Shown: piece after piece, positions 1 to 12,234 of the stretch
How the letters are laid out: each line of letters begins with the position of its first letter
How positions within the stretch are numbered: the first letter of the stretch is position 1
From: Octopus sinensis
Lineage: Eukaryota
Length of the DNA: 64,000 bases
Direction: 5' to 3'
Assembly (NCBI RefSeq): GCF_006345805.1
Contig: NC_043010.1
Coordinates: forward strand, 4,030,001-4,094,000
Notes under the pieces: generated by a model
Database searches by the model: none
Seen by the model: only the letters and a program-made list of their open reading frames with translations
What the model was told of the DNA's origin: nothing
Program-made: the position numbers and the translations under genes

Positions 1-2
1 TA

Positions 3-48
<46 letters not shown>

Positions 49-56
49 GATATACA

Positions 57-92
<36 letters not shown>

Positions 93-541
93 CATATACA
101 TTTACATATATACACACACACACACGCACATATACTTAGACACATGCATATGTGATAGGATTCCACACTGTATCTCTTTGTCAAATTTAGTTACAAGGTA
201 TTGGTTGGTTCAGCCTATACTGAAAGACACAAAGACACTTGCCTAAGGTACTGTACAGCAGGACTTACATTTTAAAATTCTCAACTTCTAACAGCTAATT
301 AGATAAAGTGTTAAATTTTAGAGTGAAAAAGTTTTTTTTTTTTTATCGTATTCCTAGTTATATTATCATAGGCAAGATACAAAAAATATATATTAGGGTT
401 GATATAAAAAGCTACGCTTTTGGAGAAGGTGCCGCAACATGGTTATAGCCCTATTCCAGAAACCTGGAAAAGCACAAAAACGTGTATTGGTCCTCAGAAT
501 TGTATTGAATCAGTATTGAATTCAGAAGGCAGTATTGAATT

Positions 542-775
542 AAAGGTGGCGAGCTGGCAGAAACGTTAACATGCCGGGCGAAATGCTTAGCTGTATTTCG
601 TCTGCCGTTATGTTCTGAGTTCAAATTCCGCCGAGGTCGACTTTGCCTTTCATCCTTTCGGGGTCGATAAATTAAGTACCAGTTACGCACTGGGGTCGAT
701 GTAATCGACTTAATACCTATGTCTGTCCTTGTTTGTCCCCTCCGTGTTTAGCCCCTTGTGGGTAATAAAGAAATA
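542..775 (+). mobile_element. tRNA-derived SINE, family A
   Basis: GGCGAGCTGGCAG head; GTCGACTTTGCCTTTCATCCTTTCGGGGTCGATAAATTAAGTACCAG core (resembles the Meta-type SINE domain as I recall it); AATAAAGAAATA tail; flanking AGTATTGAATT duplication (531-541/776-786). Many copies in the window. Confidence 0.85.
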
Positions 776-2307
776 AGTATTGAATTCAGAATAATAAGTA
801 TATTTAAAAGTTAAAAGTGATCATAAGAAATTAAGAGACCTTTGCAATGGGAGTTGATATAATCTTACTTGCCAGTGGTGGTGGTGGTGGTGGTGGTGGT
901 GGTGGCAGGGGGTGGGGGTTAGCAATCAAACCCATTGAGATAATTTACAACTCAGTTGACCCAATCGTTCACTATATGGCTTAACCACCTGACATATGTC
1001 TGCATCTATCACATAGATGCACACACTGAATTCACATGCTGGAAAGTAACAAAGCTGTACACAAACAAATTTCTCGATCTCAGATCATATTTGCAGATTT
1101 CCCACATCATGATGATACTTGTCTTTTTATGCAAGCATCGTCATAATGATCATCATTGAACATCCATGTTTGCTGAGCTCAATAGCCCAAACAGAATTTA
1201 GTGAGACAAATTTTTCTATGGCCAGATTTCCTTTTGGTTGCTAATTCTTCTCAGTTTCCAGGTGAGGTAATATCTCCCTTTGGCCAGACATGTTTTTGTA
1301 GGGTATTGGAAATGAATGGCACACATTTACAACAATCACATGATTTTAAGATAACGTGACACAAGTATATGTATACTCACACTTAAACACACACACACAC
1401 ACATACATACATAAATATCTACATACATACACACACATGCATGCATACATCATACATACATAAATACATACATACATACACACACACACAAACATACACT
1501 CACACACACATACATACATACATATATACAATAATACTCTGTTGTTGATGTTGAAATTCCAATGAAGGAATCTTGGATCTAGGTTAGAAACCAGTTCTTT
1601 CTCTATTGGCAAGAAATCTTGAAATAAACTGAATGATAACATACATATTTATATATGCATTTACGATGGGCTTGTTTTAGTTTTCCTCTACTGAATTCCC
1701 TGACAAGACTTTAGTTGGACTAGGGCTGTAGCAGAAGGTACTCGTTCAAGGTATTGTGCAGTGGGGTTGAACCCAAAAGCACATGGTTGGGAAGTAAGCT
1801 TCTTGCCCACAAAGCCATCTACTTGGTATATCATTTCAGGAGCACACTCATATTAAAATATCTACATGAAGTTGCATTCTGGAAATCATGTAAGAATGAA
1901 GCAAGCCTCATTTTGCTATGGGCATCCTACAGTAGTTTGTACTGTGAATGTAGGGTACATGAAAGAATTAATTGATAAATGAATAAATAAAATAATTCAT
2001 CACTAAATCACTTTCAGTTCTCTATGTTGTGTTTAATCTCCTTTAGATTTCGAATGCCTTTTCATTAGCTTGTAACATTTTAACCTAATTACTGAGTTTA
2101 ATCTTTCATTGTTTCAAGTTTGATTTTTGCAAAAACTGCATGTCACTGATATTTAGTTCGCAGCAATAGTAACCTTGAATAGTTTCTTCGGAAACTATCT
2201 GAATATCAGTAAAATTTTGTTTTGTTAAATAAAATATTGTTGAGAATGTTTAACAAAGGATATCATAAATTTATTCAGTGTTTTTATATATATTAGGTTA
2301 TATGTAC

Positions 2308-2458
2308 CTGGGAGGGTTTCATAATGAGCTGTGCTTCTTTCACTCCAACCATGTCCGCTATCTGCACTTGAGGATAAAGTTGACATTTCGTTGATGTGAT
2401 CAGCAATAACAAGCATTCGCTCAGTTTCTTTATAAACACCAGATGTCATGGTTATCTC
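2308..2458 (-). CDS. PCDH: Protocadherin downstream cytoplasmic exon (EITMTSGVYKETERMLVIADHINEMSTLSSSADSGHGWSERSTAHYETLP-G)
   Basis: Pyrimidine-rich acceptor ...TTTCCTCTTGAGCCTTTAG|GAG at 2459/2458, in phase 0 with the upstream donor and in frame with track ORF 2225-2449. Ser-rich S-x-DSGHG motif of the type seen in protocadherin tails. Donor CCAG|GTACAT at 2308/2307 (phase 1). Confidence 0.8.
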
Positions 2459-2795
2459 CTAAAGGCTCAAGAGGAAACAGTCAAAGATAGAAATAAGGCA
2501 AATTCATGACATCTTTGTTAACTTAAACCTACAATCTATGAATTTAAATTTATAATGGAATTTGGGGAGTAAATTTTCTCACTATTCTGTGTGGTTTATT
2601 TCATTTATCTAATTACTTGTGTATTGATTTTTTTCTCATTTCTAATACATTCCATTTTATAAAGTCATTGTATATGTTTGAAAATACTCTTTCATAATGC
2701 TTGTGGTAAAGTAAGGGTTTTTAAAGCTACCTGATTAAATAAGGTTCCTGGAGAAACTGTCATTGAACATCTCAATATTAATATTTGTTGAGAAG

Positions 2796-3003
2796 GTGGT
2801 GGTGAGTCAGCAGAATTGTTATCATGTCGAGCAAAATGCTTAAGAGCATCATTATGTTTAGAGTTCAAATTCTGCTGAAGTCAACTTTGCCTTTCGCCCC
2901 CTTTCAGGGTCGAGAAAACAAGTACCAGTAGAGCAACAGGGTTGATGTAATTGACTTACCCCATTCCCTCAAAACTGTTGGCCTTGTGCCAAAATTTGAA
3001 ACC
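2796..3003 (+). mobile_element. Diverged SINE family A copy in PCDH intron 2
   Basis: Similar to 542-775; 16-bp TSD AATATTTGTTGAGAAG at 2780-2795 and 3004-3019. Confidence 0.8.
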
Positions 3004-3341
3004 AATATTTGTTGAGAAGTATAAGAAAATAAATTTCCTATGGGATAGTGAATATATTACAAATAAACTTCAAAGTAAATAAGATGTCTGTTTACTACAT
3101 TTAAATTTATTAGTAGAAACAATTACCGAAAATTATCACACAAATAAGAGAGCATAGACAGAATACAACAGATAAACTAGTATCTTTTAAATGCAGTTTT
3201 AAGACGAATTTTTCTGTTATACATTAATTAATGAATTAATGCTGATACTGATGTTCATTAATACAAACATTATAAAACTTTCACCTACTCAATATCAATT
3301 CAGTATTCATTAAGTCTCAATATTCAATAAGACACCTTATG

Positions 3342-3390
<49 letters not shown>

Positions 3391-3514
3391 CTGAGAATAA
3401 TTTTTTTTATCTTCATGATTATTTTCTGAAGACATTTTAAAGAGACCCATATAACACATGTGTACACACACATATGCAAACGAGAAAAAAATGGATTAAG
3501 ACAAAAAAACTTAC

Positions 3515-5893
3515 CTGATGTAGACTTTGAGCCATATTATATGACTGTTTTATAGAAGAAGGTACTTTAAGACTTTGGACTGACTTGTATTCGGATTGTG
3601 GTTGAGATTTCTGTAATGTTGTTTGAGAATGTCTATGGCCACCATGGTCTGTAACCATTGCTACAGGAACATCATACGGATTTCTTTCGTCAAAATATTT
3701 GTTTGGGTCATTTATAGCTTCATTGCATCTGATGTTCCTTTGGTTGTTTTTATGAATCATACATACTGCCATAGAAATCACAATTGCAACTGATATAATC
3801 ACAGCTGCTACAACAATGATAACTACTAGATTGATATGTATCTTGTGGTCAGACTTTTTATCAACAGATGTAAACATTTTGGCTGTGTTGTTGCTAACAG
3901 TCAATATCAAAGACAGTGTTGTTGTGGCAGATAGAATCGGACTACCACTGTCCTTTACGCTAAGCTTCAAGTTGTATGATCCAGCATCGTTTTGGTAAAC
4001 CATGCGAGAGAACGACAATACTCCTGTGTAATGATTTACTGTGAATAATTCTTTGTTATTGCCACCAATTATTTCATATCTAAGGAAAGCATTGACATGA
4101 CTGTCTCTGTCAGAAGCTCTCAATACTGTCACCTCGTTGTTACTTTGAGGTTGGTAGTGAACATCCAAGCTGAAAGGGTCAACACTTGGAAAGGTAAAAT
4201 AGGGAGCATTGTCATTTTTATCCATTACCTCCACTATGACATTTGCTGTATTGTTGAGAGATGGTATTCCATTGTCTTTTATTAAAACTTGAAATTTATA
4301 AATATCCATTTTTTCATGATCAAGTGGCTCTGAAGTTGAAATAAATCCAAAATTCGAAATAACAAAAGGAAGATCATGAATTCCTTTACTTAAGAGAAAA
4401 TATGAAAGTTGACCTCCAGCTCCTAAGTCTGGGTCTGAGGCATTAATAAAACCAACTGGAAAATTTGATTTCTCGTTTTCGTATGTGAGAAATTTGAATG
4501 TATCTTTTGTGAATTGTGGCTGTACATCATTGACATCAGTCACTTGAATATTGAACTTTCTTTCAGTTCTGAGAGGTGGCGATCCTTTGTCCTGACAACT
4601 AATCATAAAATCAATATAGCTCTCTGATTCCCTGTCTACAGGGTTTTTTAAAACAACTTTGTATTTTTTTCTTCCAAGCTTTTGAAGCTGTAGTTTATCA
4701 TGGTTGAGATCACATACCACTTCTCCATTTTGATTGACATCATTGTCACTTACTTTCACATAAGCAATAAAACTATTGGTTTTGACACCTTCAGAAATTG
4801 TTGTTATATTGCCTATTGGCTCAGAGACAAACTTGACATCAAGACTTGGAGCATTATTTTGTCTGTTTATTATGTTCACAAGAACCATTGCAGTAGAGCT
4901 CAAGGGTATACTTCCTTTATCAATGGCTTCAATAAATAATTTGTATGTTTTTCTCTTTGTGAATGGAAAATTTCTAGCTAAGAAAATCTTGCCTGATGTT
5001 TCATTTAAGTAAAATAATGTTTTTGCAAAATCGGAAGTTTTTGAACTGAAATAGTATGAAACTTTTCCATTTTCACCCGAATCTAAATCTGTAGCATATA
5101 CTGTAACAATTGGTGTGTATATGTCTTGTCTGTTGTTAATGGAGACATTATAAACGTTTTTGGAGAAAACTGGTTGATTGTCATTCTCATCAGTGACAGA
5201 TACATGAATGGTTAAAATACCCTGGTGTGATGGAGTACCATCATCTTTAGCAATCACTTGAAGTGTATAAGTTTCCTTTACTTCTCTGTTTAATCTTTCC
5301 TCAAGAATTATTCCAAGTTTGTTACTTCCATCAATTTTTTTAACAACTGACAACAAAAACGGGTCATTGACATGTTTTTCCAATCGATATGTAATTTGAG
5401 AATTTAGAAAACCAACATCTTTATCTGTAGCACTTGGAATTGGTTTTGAGCCACCAACTCCATCGCCCTCAGAGAATTGGACATGGATATCTTTTATGGG
5501 AAATTCTGGCTGGTGATCATTAACATCATCAATAATAACTTTTACTTCAATGACCTTCACAAAAGATTCTTTATGCCGAACAGCTACTTCCACTATTTTG
5601 AAACATTCTGTGTTGTATTTACAAAGTGACTCAGCGTCAAGCATTTGGGAGGTATACATCATTCCATTTTTGCCAACCTTAAACATTGGAGCATTTCCAC
5701 TGAGACTCTCATGGAGTCTGCTGAATGTAATCCTATTTAAGTCTTCAGCATGAAAGCTGTTGTAGAGATGTGCATCAGAAGCTATGTTTCCTACCAGAGT
5801 ATCAGGATTCTGACCCTCTTTCACGTGGTAGGTGATGTCTACACACACACATACGTGAAATAGTGCAGCTAAAGCACCCAATATTTTAAACAT
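3515..5893 (-). CDS. PCDH: Protocadherin, large ectodomain exon (signal peptide, EC1-EC6, TM, proximal cytoplasmic tail; aa 1-793)
   Basis: 818-aa ORF 3437-5893 with an N-terminal hydrophobic leader and six cadherin repeats (DVNDHQPEF, DENDNQPVF, DVNDVQPQF, DKNDNAPYF linkers; ATDxD and DxGxP motifs). EC1 has C-x5-C (C91-C97) and the TM segment is ~aa 687-713. Donor CAG|GTAAGT at 3515/3514 falls after Q793 in phase 0, so the last 25 ORF codons are intronic read-through. Family-level call only; the paralog cannot be named. Confidence 0.95.
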
Positions 5894-5974
5894 TTTAAAA
5901 AAAATTTCGGATAAGGAGCGAAGAGCAACTTTAAATTAAGTTTATGATAATCTGTTTTATTATTAACTGTATAC
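5894..5974 (-). other. 5'UTR part of the large PCDH exon, with its splice acceptor
   Basis: Minus strand reads TTTTCTGCCTTTCTTTATTTCAG|GTATAC, a strong acceptor at 5975/5974, 81 nt upstream of the ATG at 5893. Confidence 0.7.
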
Positions 5975-6159
5975 CTGAAATAAAGAAAGGCAGAAAAGTA
6001 GCCTTTGTATAATGTACGTGGTCAAATATGCATTGTTCCAAAATCAATTTCCAAAAGTTACAGCAATCTCAGAAATCTGTAAATTAGTTTCATATTCTAT
6101 ATATCTCAATCACTGATTATCTTTCATGTTAACTTCACATCTTCTAAATGTCATCTTAA

Positions 6160-6401
6160 CGCTTTAGCATTCAGATTACTCTGTCAAATGTATTTCTTAC
6201 ATATTCACATTGTTTTGAATTAATCATGCACTACCTTTAAGCTTTGAGATTTTGATGAAGTGATTGTTTATTTTTAGAGTAGGGTAGGCATAGTGTAAGG
6301 TAGCTGTTGTAGGGTAGGCATTGAAAACTTGATCTATCTGATTTGAACATAAAATAAGTTGAATATTTGGGCTGGAAGTGTTTGGTTTAAATGCTGAAGT
6401 G
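6160..6401. mobile_element. piggyBac-type MITE in PCDH intron 1
   Basis: TTAA on both sides (6156-59, 6402-05) with degenerate TIRs CGCTTTAGCATT / AATGCTGAAGTG. Confidence 0.65.
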
Positions 6402-7218
6402 TTAACTGCATTTCTTCAGAGCCAGAAAATAACTCAGCTTTGATCCTTTATAATTCCTAAGTACCATATACATAGAGTACAACTCACATATGAGGTATAA
6501 ACTTCTTTGACACTCACAAAATTTGACACAGCACCCTCTAAAATCTATCTGGCTAATTAGTAATGATTACACTCACTAACATTTTACAATTACTAGTTAG
6601 CAAGCACTCTGTCCCTGCCATCACTCTAATAATAGCATTTGATCTTCTGAACTTCTTCTAAGACCTCTTCCACTTTAGCCAAAGCTCACCTAAATCACCT
6701 ACAACCCATCCAATTGTCATCCCTACAATATCTCAGTTGCTCAACCCCACACTAAATAATATGCACAATTCTTCCAGCCTAGAACCACACCTTCCTAGAA
6801 ACCTTTCCTTGCCCATGGATTCCCTTCAAACATGGTCTAAGTAAAGTTCAAGTTGAACAATAACTGCATCAACCAACCCCAGCAACCTGAGAACACAGAT
6901 AATATTATGGTTGTTGTCCCATGTATTCTGGCTAAATAAAAAGCAAACAAAAAAAAACTGAATCAATATTTAAAAAATAAAATTAACTGTGAATTAATTC
7001 ATATACTGCGTAAGTTTATTAGAATATTAACAATCAGTTAAGATTTTGTATCGAAGCTATATGAGTGAAAAGCTTTCATCAAAAGAACTTGCAATGTTGC
7101 TTCATTGTAAACAAAACATATGAGTAAAAACAAAGCAAATATGCAATTATTCTATCATCTATAAAGAACCCCAAATACAAATAATTCTTCCCGTCTCTCT
7201 CCCTCCCCCTCCTCTCTC

Positions 7219-7263
<45 letters not shown>

Positions 7264-8998
7264 CTGTTTTTCTCTGTTTCTCTTTCCCCACTTACTCTTT
7301 CTCCCTTTCTGTGATTTAGATAAGATATTAGTGAGTGTAAAAGTATTTACAAGAAGAGAAAAAAAATGAGGAAAAGAAATATAGAGTGGTTAGAATAAGC
7401 AAAGACCTGATGCTTAAGTAGAGTGAAGAAGAAAAAGTCTGTGGTGAATTCACTTTGAAAGTATGTATTTGCCAAGATGGTTAATGGATTGCTGCCATAG
7501 AAATCCATTGAGTGGCTTTACTGCCAGTAGAAAATGGCAGTAGAAGGCATTATTAGCCACTGAGATATATGAGGAAGTAAGAAGTACATCCTAATCCTTC
7601 TGGGTCAAAGATGGCAAGTTTAGCTTGAAAGAAGATAAATATTTTTGTACATTGCTAAAGAAACCTTGCAGGGACAGTAGGTTGCCAAGGAAACATATTA
7701 ACTTGGTAAGAATACTAGAATGGTCTCAAAACATTCAAGATAAAATTGCTTTTTTTCCCTTATTCTTGTCTTGCAATGTTTTTTTTTTTTTTATATATAT
7801 ACTTTCTTTTTCATTTGTGAATATATGCACAGTTTCCCAGAGGCTTTTTCAGACTTAGTATAATAATAATTTGGCAGGTATTGTTCTTTGCAGTTATTGG
7901 TTTCCAACAACTTTATCTGACCTAATTGTTAGAAGTTCTAATCTCTCTTTTTCTGACACTACTTGGCTAAGCTTACAAGAGATTTCATGATAACCAGGTT
8001 TTTATCTAACACTATTCTTTATAAAACAAATATGTTGCACAAATATTTTTAGCATGTCTTTCAAGATATTATTGAAGAATTTAATGATAATAATCTCATA
8101 TTTGTCTCTATGTTATAGAATATTTTATGGCTATTTCATTATACAGAACACCTATTTGTTTGTTTGATTTATTTTATTACAATTTAATCTAAAGGAAAAC
8201 TAAAATAAAAAAGTAATGCAGTATCTAATTAAAAACGAATAAAAGTAATTATATTTCATTGATTTTTGCATTGACTTGAATGGAAAACAGCTTTTTGAAC
8301 AGTCAGTCAGAAACAATTCATGTTTTTTTTTCTCTCCCTTTTCTTTTCATTAATATTATTTAAAAATGGTTTAGAACATGTCTGGAACAGCAAATAAATT
8401 GTATGTAGTTAATCTTCTCTAGACGTAATGTCCATTTTAGTAAGAGCAAGCAATGAAAACGGAGTAAATAGTTAGAAAACATGTACTGTTGCTGTTCAAG
8501 AAAATTTTTTTTAAAAGTGACCATAGAAAAAAAACAACAACAAAAACCAATAAACAACAAAGAAACAAATCAAAACAAAACAAAACATCTAAATAAAATT
8601 AAAGGGCCTCAGTCTATTAAGTTAAGAAATCTTTTTTGTAATATGTTATTTTAATGAGTTAAACATGTTACTTTACATTTCACTTTCCTTCAATTTTTAT
8701 ACTAGTTTTAAATGTATCATTACTGAAAGGGAGCCAAATTCTTCTAAAAACTATTTATTTGGAAATGTAAAAGAAAAAGATTAAATAAATAAATACTTGT
8801 TACTTTACAGCTCCTTTTAGTATTATTGGTTAGATTTTGGTTAGATTAGTTCATAATTTTATTAAGGATAAACAGTGACTTTATTTTTATATGCTTTATT
8901 TACAATAACAATAAAAGAAAAATGTATGATAATTTTTTTTTTTCTAAATTAACAGAAAAATATGATAGATAGAATAAGAAAGTGAATTGTACACTCAC

Positions 8999-9150
8999 CT
9001 ATGCTGGAAAAAGCTTCTTTAGTTTACTGTTAGCACATGTGTATCCTGCTGTAGAGTTGTTTAGTTACTGCTACTGTTGTGTGCTTGCAGTGTTATGAGG
9101 GTTGGTCTGTGTTATGTGAATGTGAAAGAGAGGTCTGCAGTCTGAGCAAG
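8999..9150 (-). other. Probable non-coding first exon of the PCDH gene (5' end approximate)
   Basis: Consensus donor CATAG|GTGAGT at 8999/8998 ends a unique, non-repetitive stretch that lies just downstream of a CCAAT palindrome. Implies a ~3-kb intron 1 (5975-8998). Confidence 0.5.
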
Positions 9151-9177
9151 TATGGTGTGTATGTAATATCTGCTGCA

Positions 9178-9190
9178 GCCAATGATTGGC
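9178..9190. promoter_or_regulatory. Palindromic double CCAAT box (GCCAAT-G-ATTGGC), putative PCDH promoter
   Basis: Exact inverted repeat of GCCAAT with a 1-nt spacer, ~180 nt upstream of the candidate exon-1 donor. A TC/GA-rich tract follows at ~9295-9390. Confidence 0.5.
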
Positions 9191-9451
9191 AGGTTATGGT
9201 TCCCATGGAGGGAAACAGAAGCCCTGCTTCAGGTTCCTATAGCAAAATAGATTTAGTGAAGGTTCAGTTATTTAATACACAGTGAATACCTGGTCTGTCT
9301 TCCTCTTTTCACTCACTCCCTCTCTCACTCTTTCTAAATCTCTCTTTCTATATTTATCTTACATTTTCTCTCACTCAATTTCTCTTCATCAATATGGATA
9401 TATCTATAAAAAAAAAATTACAGTATAGTTTCCTAAAAATGTCATGTAAAC

Positions 9452-10170
9452 ATTTTTTTTTTTTTAATGAGCAAGTCAAAAATGATCTTTTAAAGTCAGC
9501 TTTTCAAAAATATAGAAAAAAGTTGCTTAAAGAAAAGTATAATTTTCTTTCCAGCAAAAGCTGGCATTTCCTTCACTATGTACAACATAGATACTTCTGA
9601 CATTTCCTTTCTTTTATACATACATACATATATATATGTAGGTTTTTTTTTTTTGGCTTATGAATCGTGTAACTTTTCAATAAGATATTTTAATGTTATT
9701 TAACTTCATTTCTCTTTTATTTATATTATCTAATGCTTACTCTTTCTTAATTTGCTAAATACATACATGTGCGCGCATTAGTTTCAAAATTAAATGAATT
9801 TTTTTTTTTAATGAGCAAGTCAAAAATGATCTTTTAAAGTCAGCTTTTCAAAAATATAGAAAAAAGTTGCTTAAAGAAAAGTATAATTTTCTTTCCAGCA
9901 AAAGCTGGCATTTCCTTCACTATGTACAACATAGATACTTCTGACATTTCCTTTCTTTTATACATACATACATATAAATACATATATATATATATATGTA
10001 GGTTTTTTTTTTTTGGCTTATGAATCGTGTAACTTTTCAATAAGATATTTTAATGTTATTTAACTTCATTTCTCTTTTATTTATATTATCTAATGCTTAC
10101 TCTTTCTTAATTTGCTAAATACATACATGTGCGCGCATTAGTTTCAAAATTAAATGAATTTTTTTTTTTA
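9452..10170. repeat. Near-perfect tandem duplication (period 344-360 bp)
   Basis: AATGAGCAAGTC at 9466 and 9810; GTTTCAAAATTAAATG at 9781 and 10141. The copies appear to differ only in the TA/TACA and poly-T run lengths. Confidence 0.95.
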
Positions 10171-10385
10171 ATATGTAGTTATGACTTCAAAATGATTAAG
10201 AAATTATTTCAAGTACATTTTCTTTTAGTGAAAATGTGATGTTACATAAGATATGAAAACCGAAATTCTAAGTTTCTAATAAAATAATTTCACTTTGCTA
10301 ACTAAATATATTCTTCTTTATTTTCACTTCTGCTTCATATATATATATATATATTATATATATATATATACATACATACATATAA

Positions 10386-10423
<38 letters not shown>

Positions 10424-10541
10424 TATATATGTAAGCACGTATGTGTGTGTGCGCACACACACAAGATGCAGTTGTGTGTATGCTGCAGTACAGGTGTATA
10501 TATAATTATGTTTATATGTATATATGTAGGTGGCTGTCTGC

Positions 10542-10575
<34 letters not shown>

Positions 10576-10914
10576 TCACCATCATCATTATAATAACTAC
10601 TTTTATGTGTTCTCATGGTCAGAATGGAATTTGTTTGAATGGACTTTCAATGGCCTGTTGGCTACCCCGTCACCTACTGTCACCTGTTTCCAGTTGAGGT
10701 TATATTTCCCCATAATCAGATATGTTTTTCATATATGACTGAAAACAAACATCACTTGTATAATAGTGATGCTTATTTACAACCATCACACACATGCACA
10801 CACACACACACACACACACATACACACACACATGCATGCACACACACATGCATGCACACATACACACATACACACAAATGGAGAAGGAGAGAGATACATG
10901 CATATATATATACA

Positions 10915-11270
10915 TATATACACATACATACAATTCCACTTCACATATATATGTATATGTGTTCACAAATGCACAAATATTTATAATATATATGTGTGTA
11001 TATGCACATACATGTGTGTGTGTAAAAACATATGTATATATATATGTATATATATATGCATTTGTATATGCATACATATATATATATACATATATACACA
11101 TACATACAATTCCACTTCACATATATATGTATATGTGTTCACAAATGCACAAATATTTATAATATATATGTGTGTATATGCACATACATGTGTGTGTGTA
11201 AAAACATATGTATATATATATGTATATATATATGCATTTGTATATGCATACATATATATATATATACACA
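10915..11270. repeat. 176-bp tandem duplication inside a compound TA/CA microsatellite
   Basis: CAATTCCACTTCAC at 10931 and 11107. Confidence 0.9.
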
Positions 11271-11272
11271 CA

Positions 11273-12105
11273 CAGAGGGTGTGATGTGAAAATTGGTGTC
11301 ATTTTACTTATTTGATTTTGTTGACTACACAGTATAGTAGGGTCAGTTGGGCACTGTCTGTGAGAAAAACAGCACCATCACGCAATTAACACTGCCAGAA
11401 ATTTGGAAACAACATGCTATAGTGCTTGGCATTTGCACCAGAAGCTCCAATATGAACAGATGGTGAACACACAGAACAACCGTTGTTTTGCTGTGTATCC
11501 AAAACATGTACCGAAAGTGATAAAAATCAAACAGCCTGTCAACATCATGGTGTTAGGAGTGAACACTAGTGATGGCAATGTTATGCTTCTATTCATCTTC
11601 CCACATGGCCTCACACTCAACACGGAGGCCTACATCAAGTACCTGGAGGCATTAGTGCTGCTCTGGGTCAAGAGGGTGGCTGCTGGAAGACCCTACGTCT
11701 GGCAACAGGATGCTGCCCCATGCCACACAAGCAGGAGAATCCAGTCATCGCTGTCAGACAATTTCTGCAATCACATCACTTTGGCTCCCTAACTACGCAG
11801 ACTGCAACCCCCTTGATTATTATGTGTAGGGCACAGTTGAGCAAGAGACCAGCAAAACTCCTTGCAACACCGAAGATGAACTGAAGGCAAGTTGTGTGGA
11901 GGCCGTGGTTGAACCCAATGGTGATTTTATTGAATAAATTTTGTATTTTCAGGATATTTTTATATTAGTATTGTACATTTTATACAAAATGTTAGTATTT
12001 CAAGATATTTTTATGTAATTTTGGTAAATATATCTATTAAAATGAAATATCAGTGTTTTTTTCAAATTTGCATAATTTAGATTACAATATATTCACCGCA
12101 CCCTG
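11273..12105 (+). mobile_element. Internally deleted Tc1/mariner element, DD37D (maT) type
   Basis: Transposase remnant in ORF 11403-11792 (IMVLGV..SDG..M..FIF, YVWQQDAAPCHTS, then SPDCNPLDYY after a frameshift). Degenerate CAGGGTG TIRs; right end followed by TA. Reconstruction with the 18505-19021 copy gives 37 residues between the last two catalytic Asp. Confidence 0.85.
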
Positions 12106-12177
12106 TATAATATGTGTGTGTGTATACGTATATATATGCATACATCTTCATACTCTTACAGACATGTGCTAATACAT

Positions 12178-12234
<57 letters not shown>

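Noticed and set aside
875-920. (GGT)n run as a G-quadruplex or telomere-like element
   Set aside because: A short simple repeat, unremarkable given the microsatellite density; no TTAGGG array.
3437-3514. ORF-track C-terminus taken as the main PCDH end
   Set aside because: A consensus donor at 3514 and a phase-matched downstream exon make splicing the more likely main form; kept only as a possible isoform.
10298-11302. Many overlapping ORFs rich in HT, IY, CV and YI (also near 1346, 29362, 39448, 52903, 54921, 61518)
   Set aside because: Translations of dinucleotide and trinucleotide microsatellites; no coding signal.
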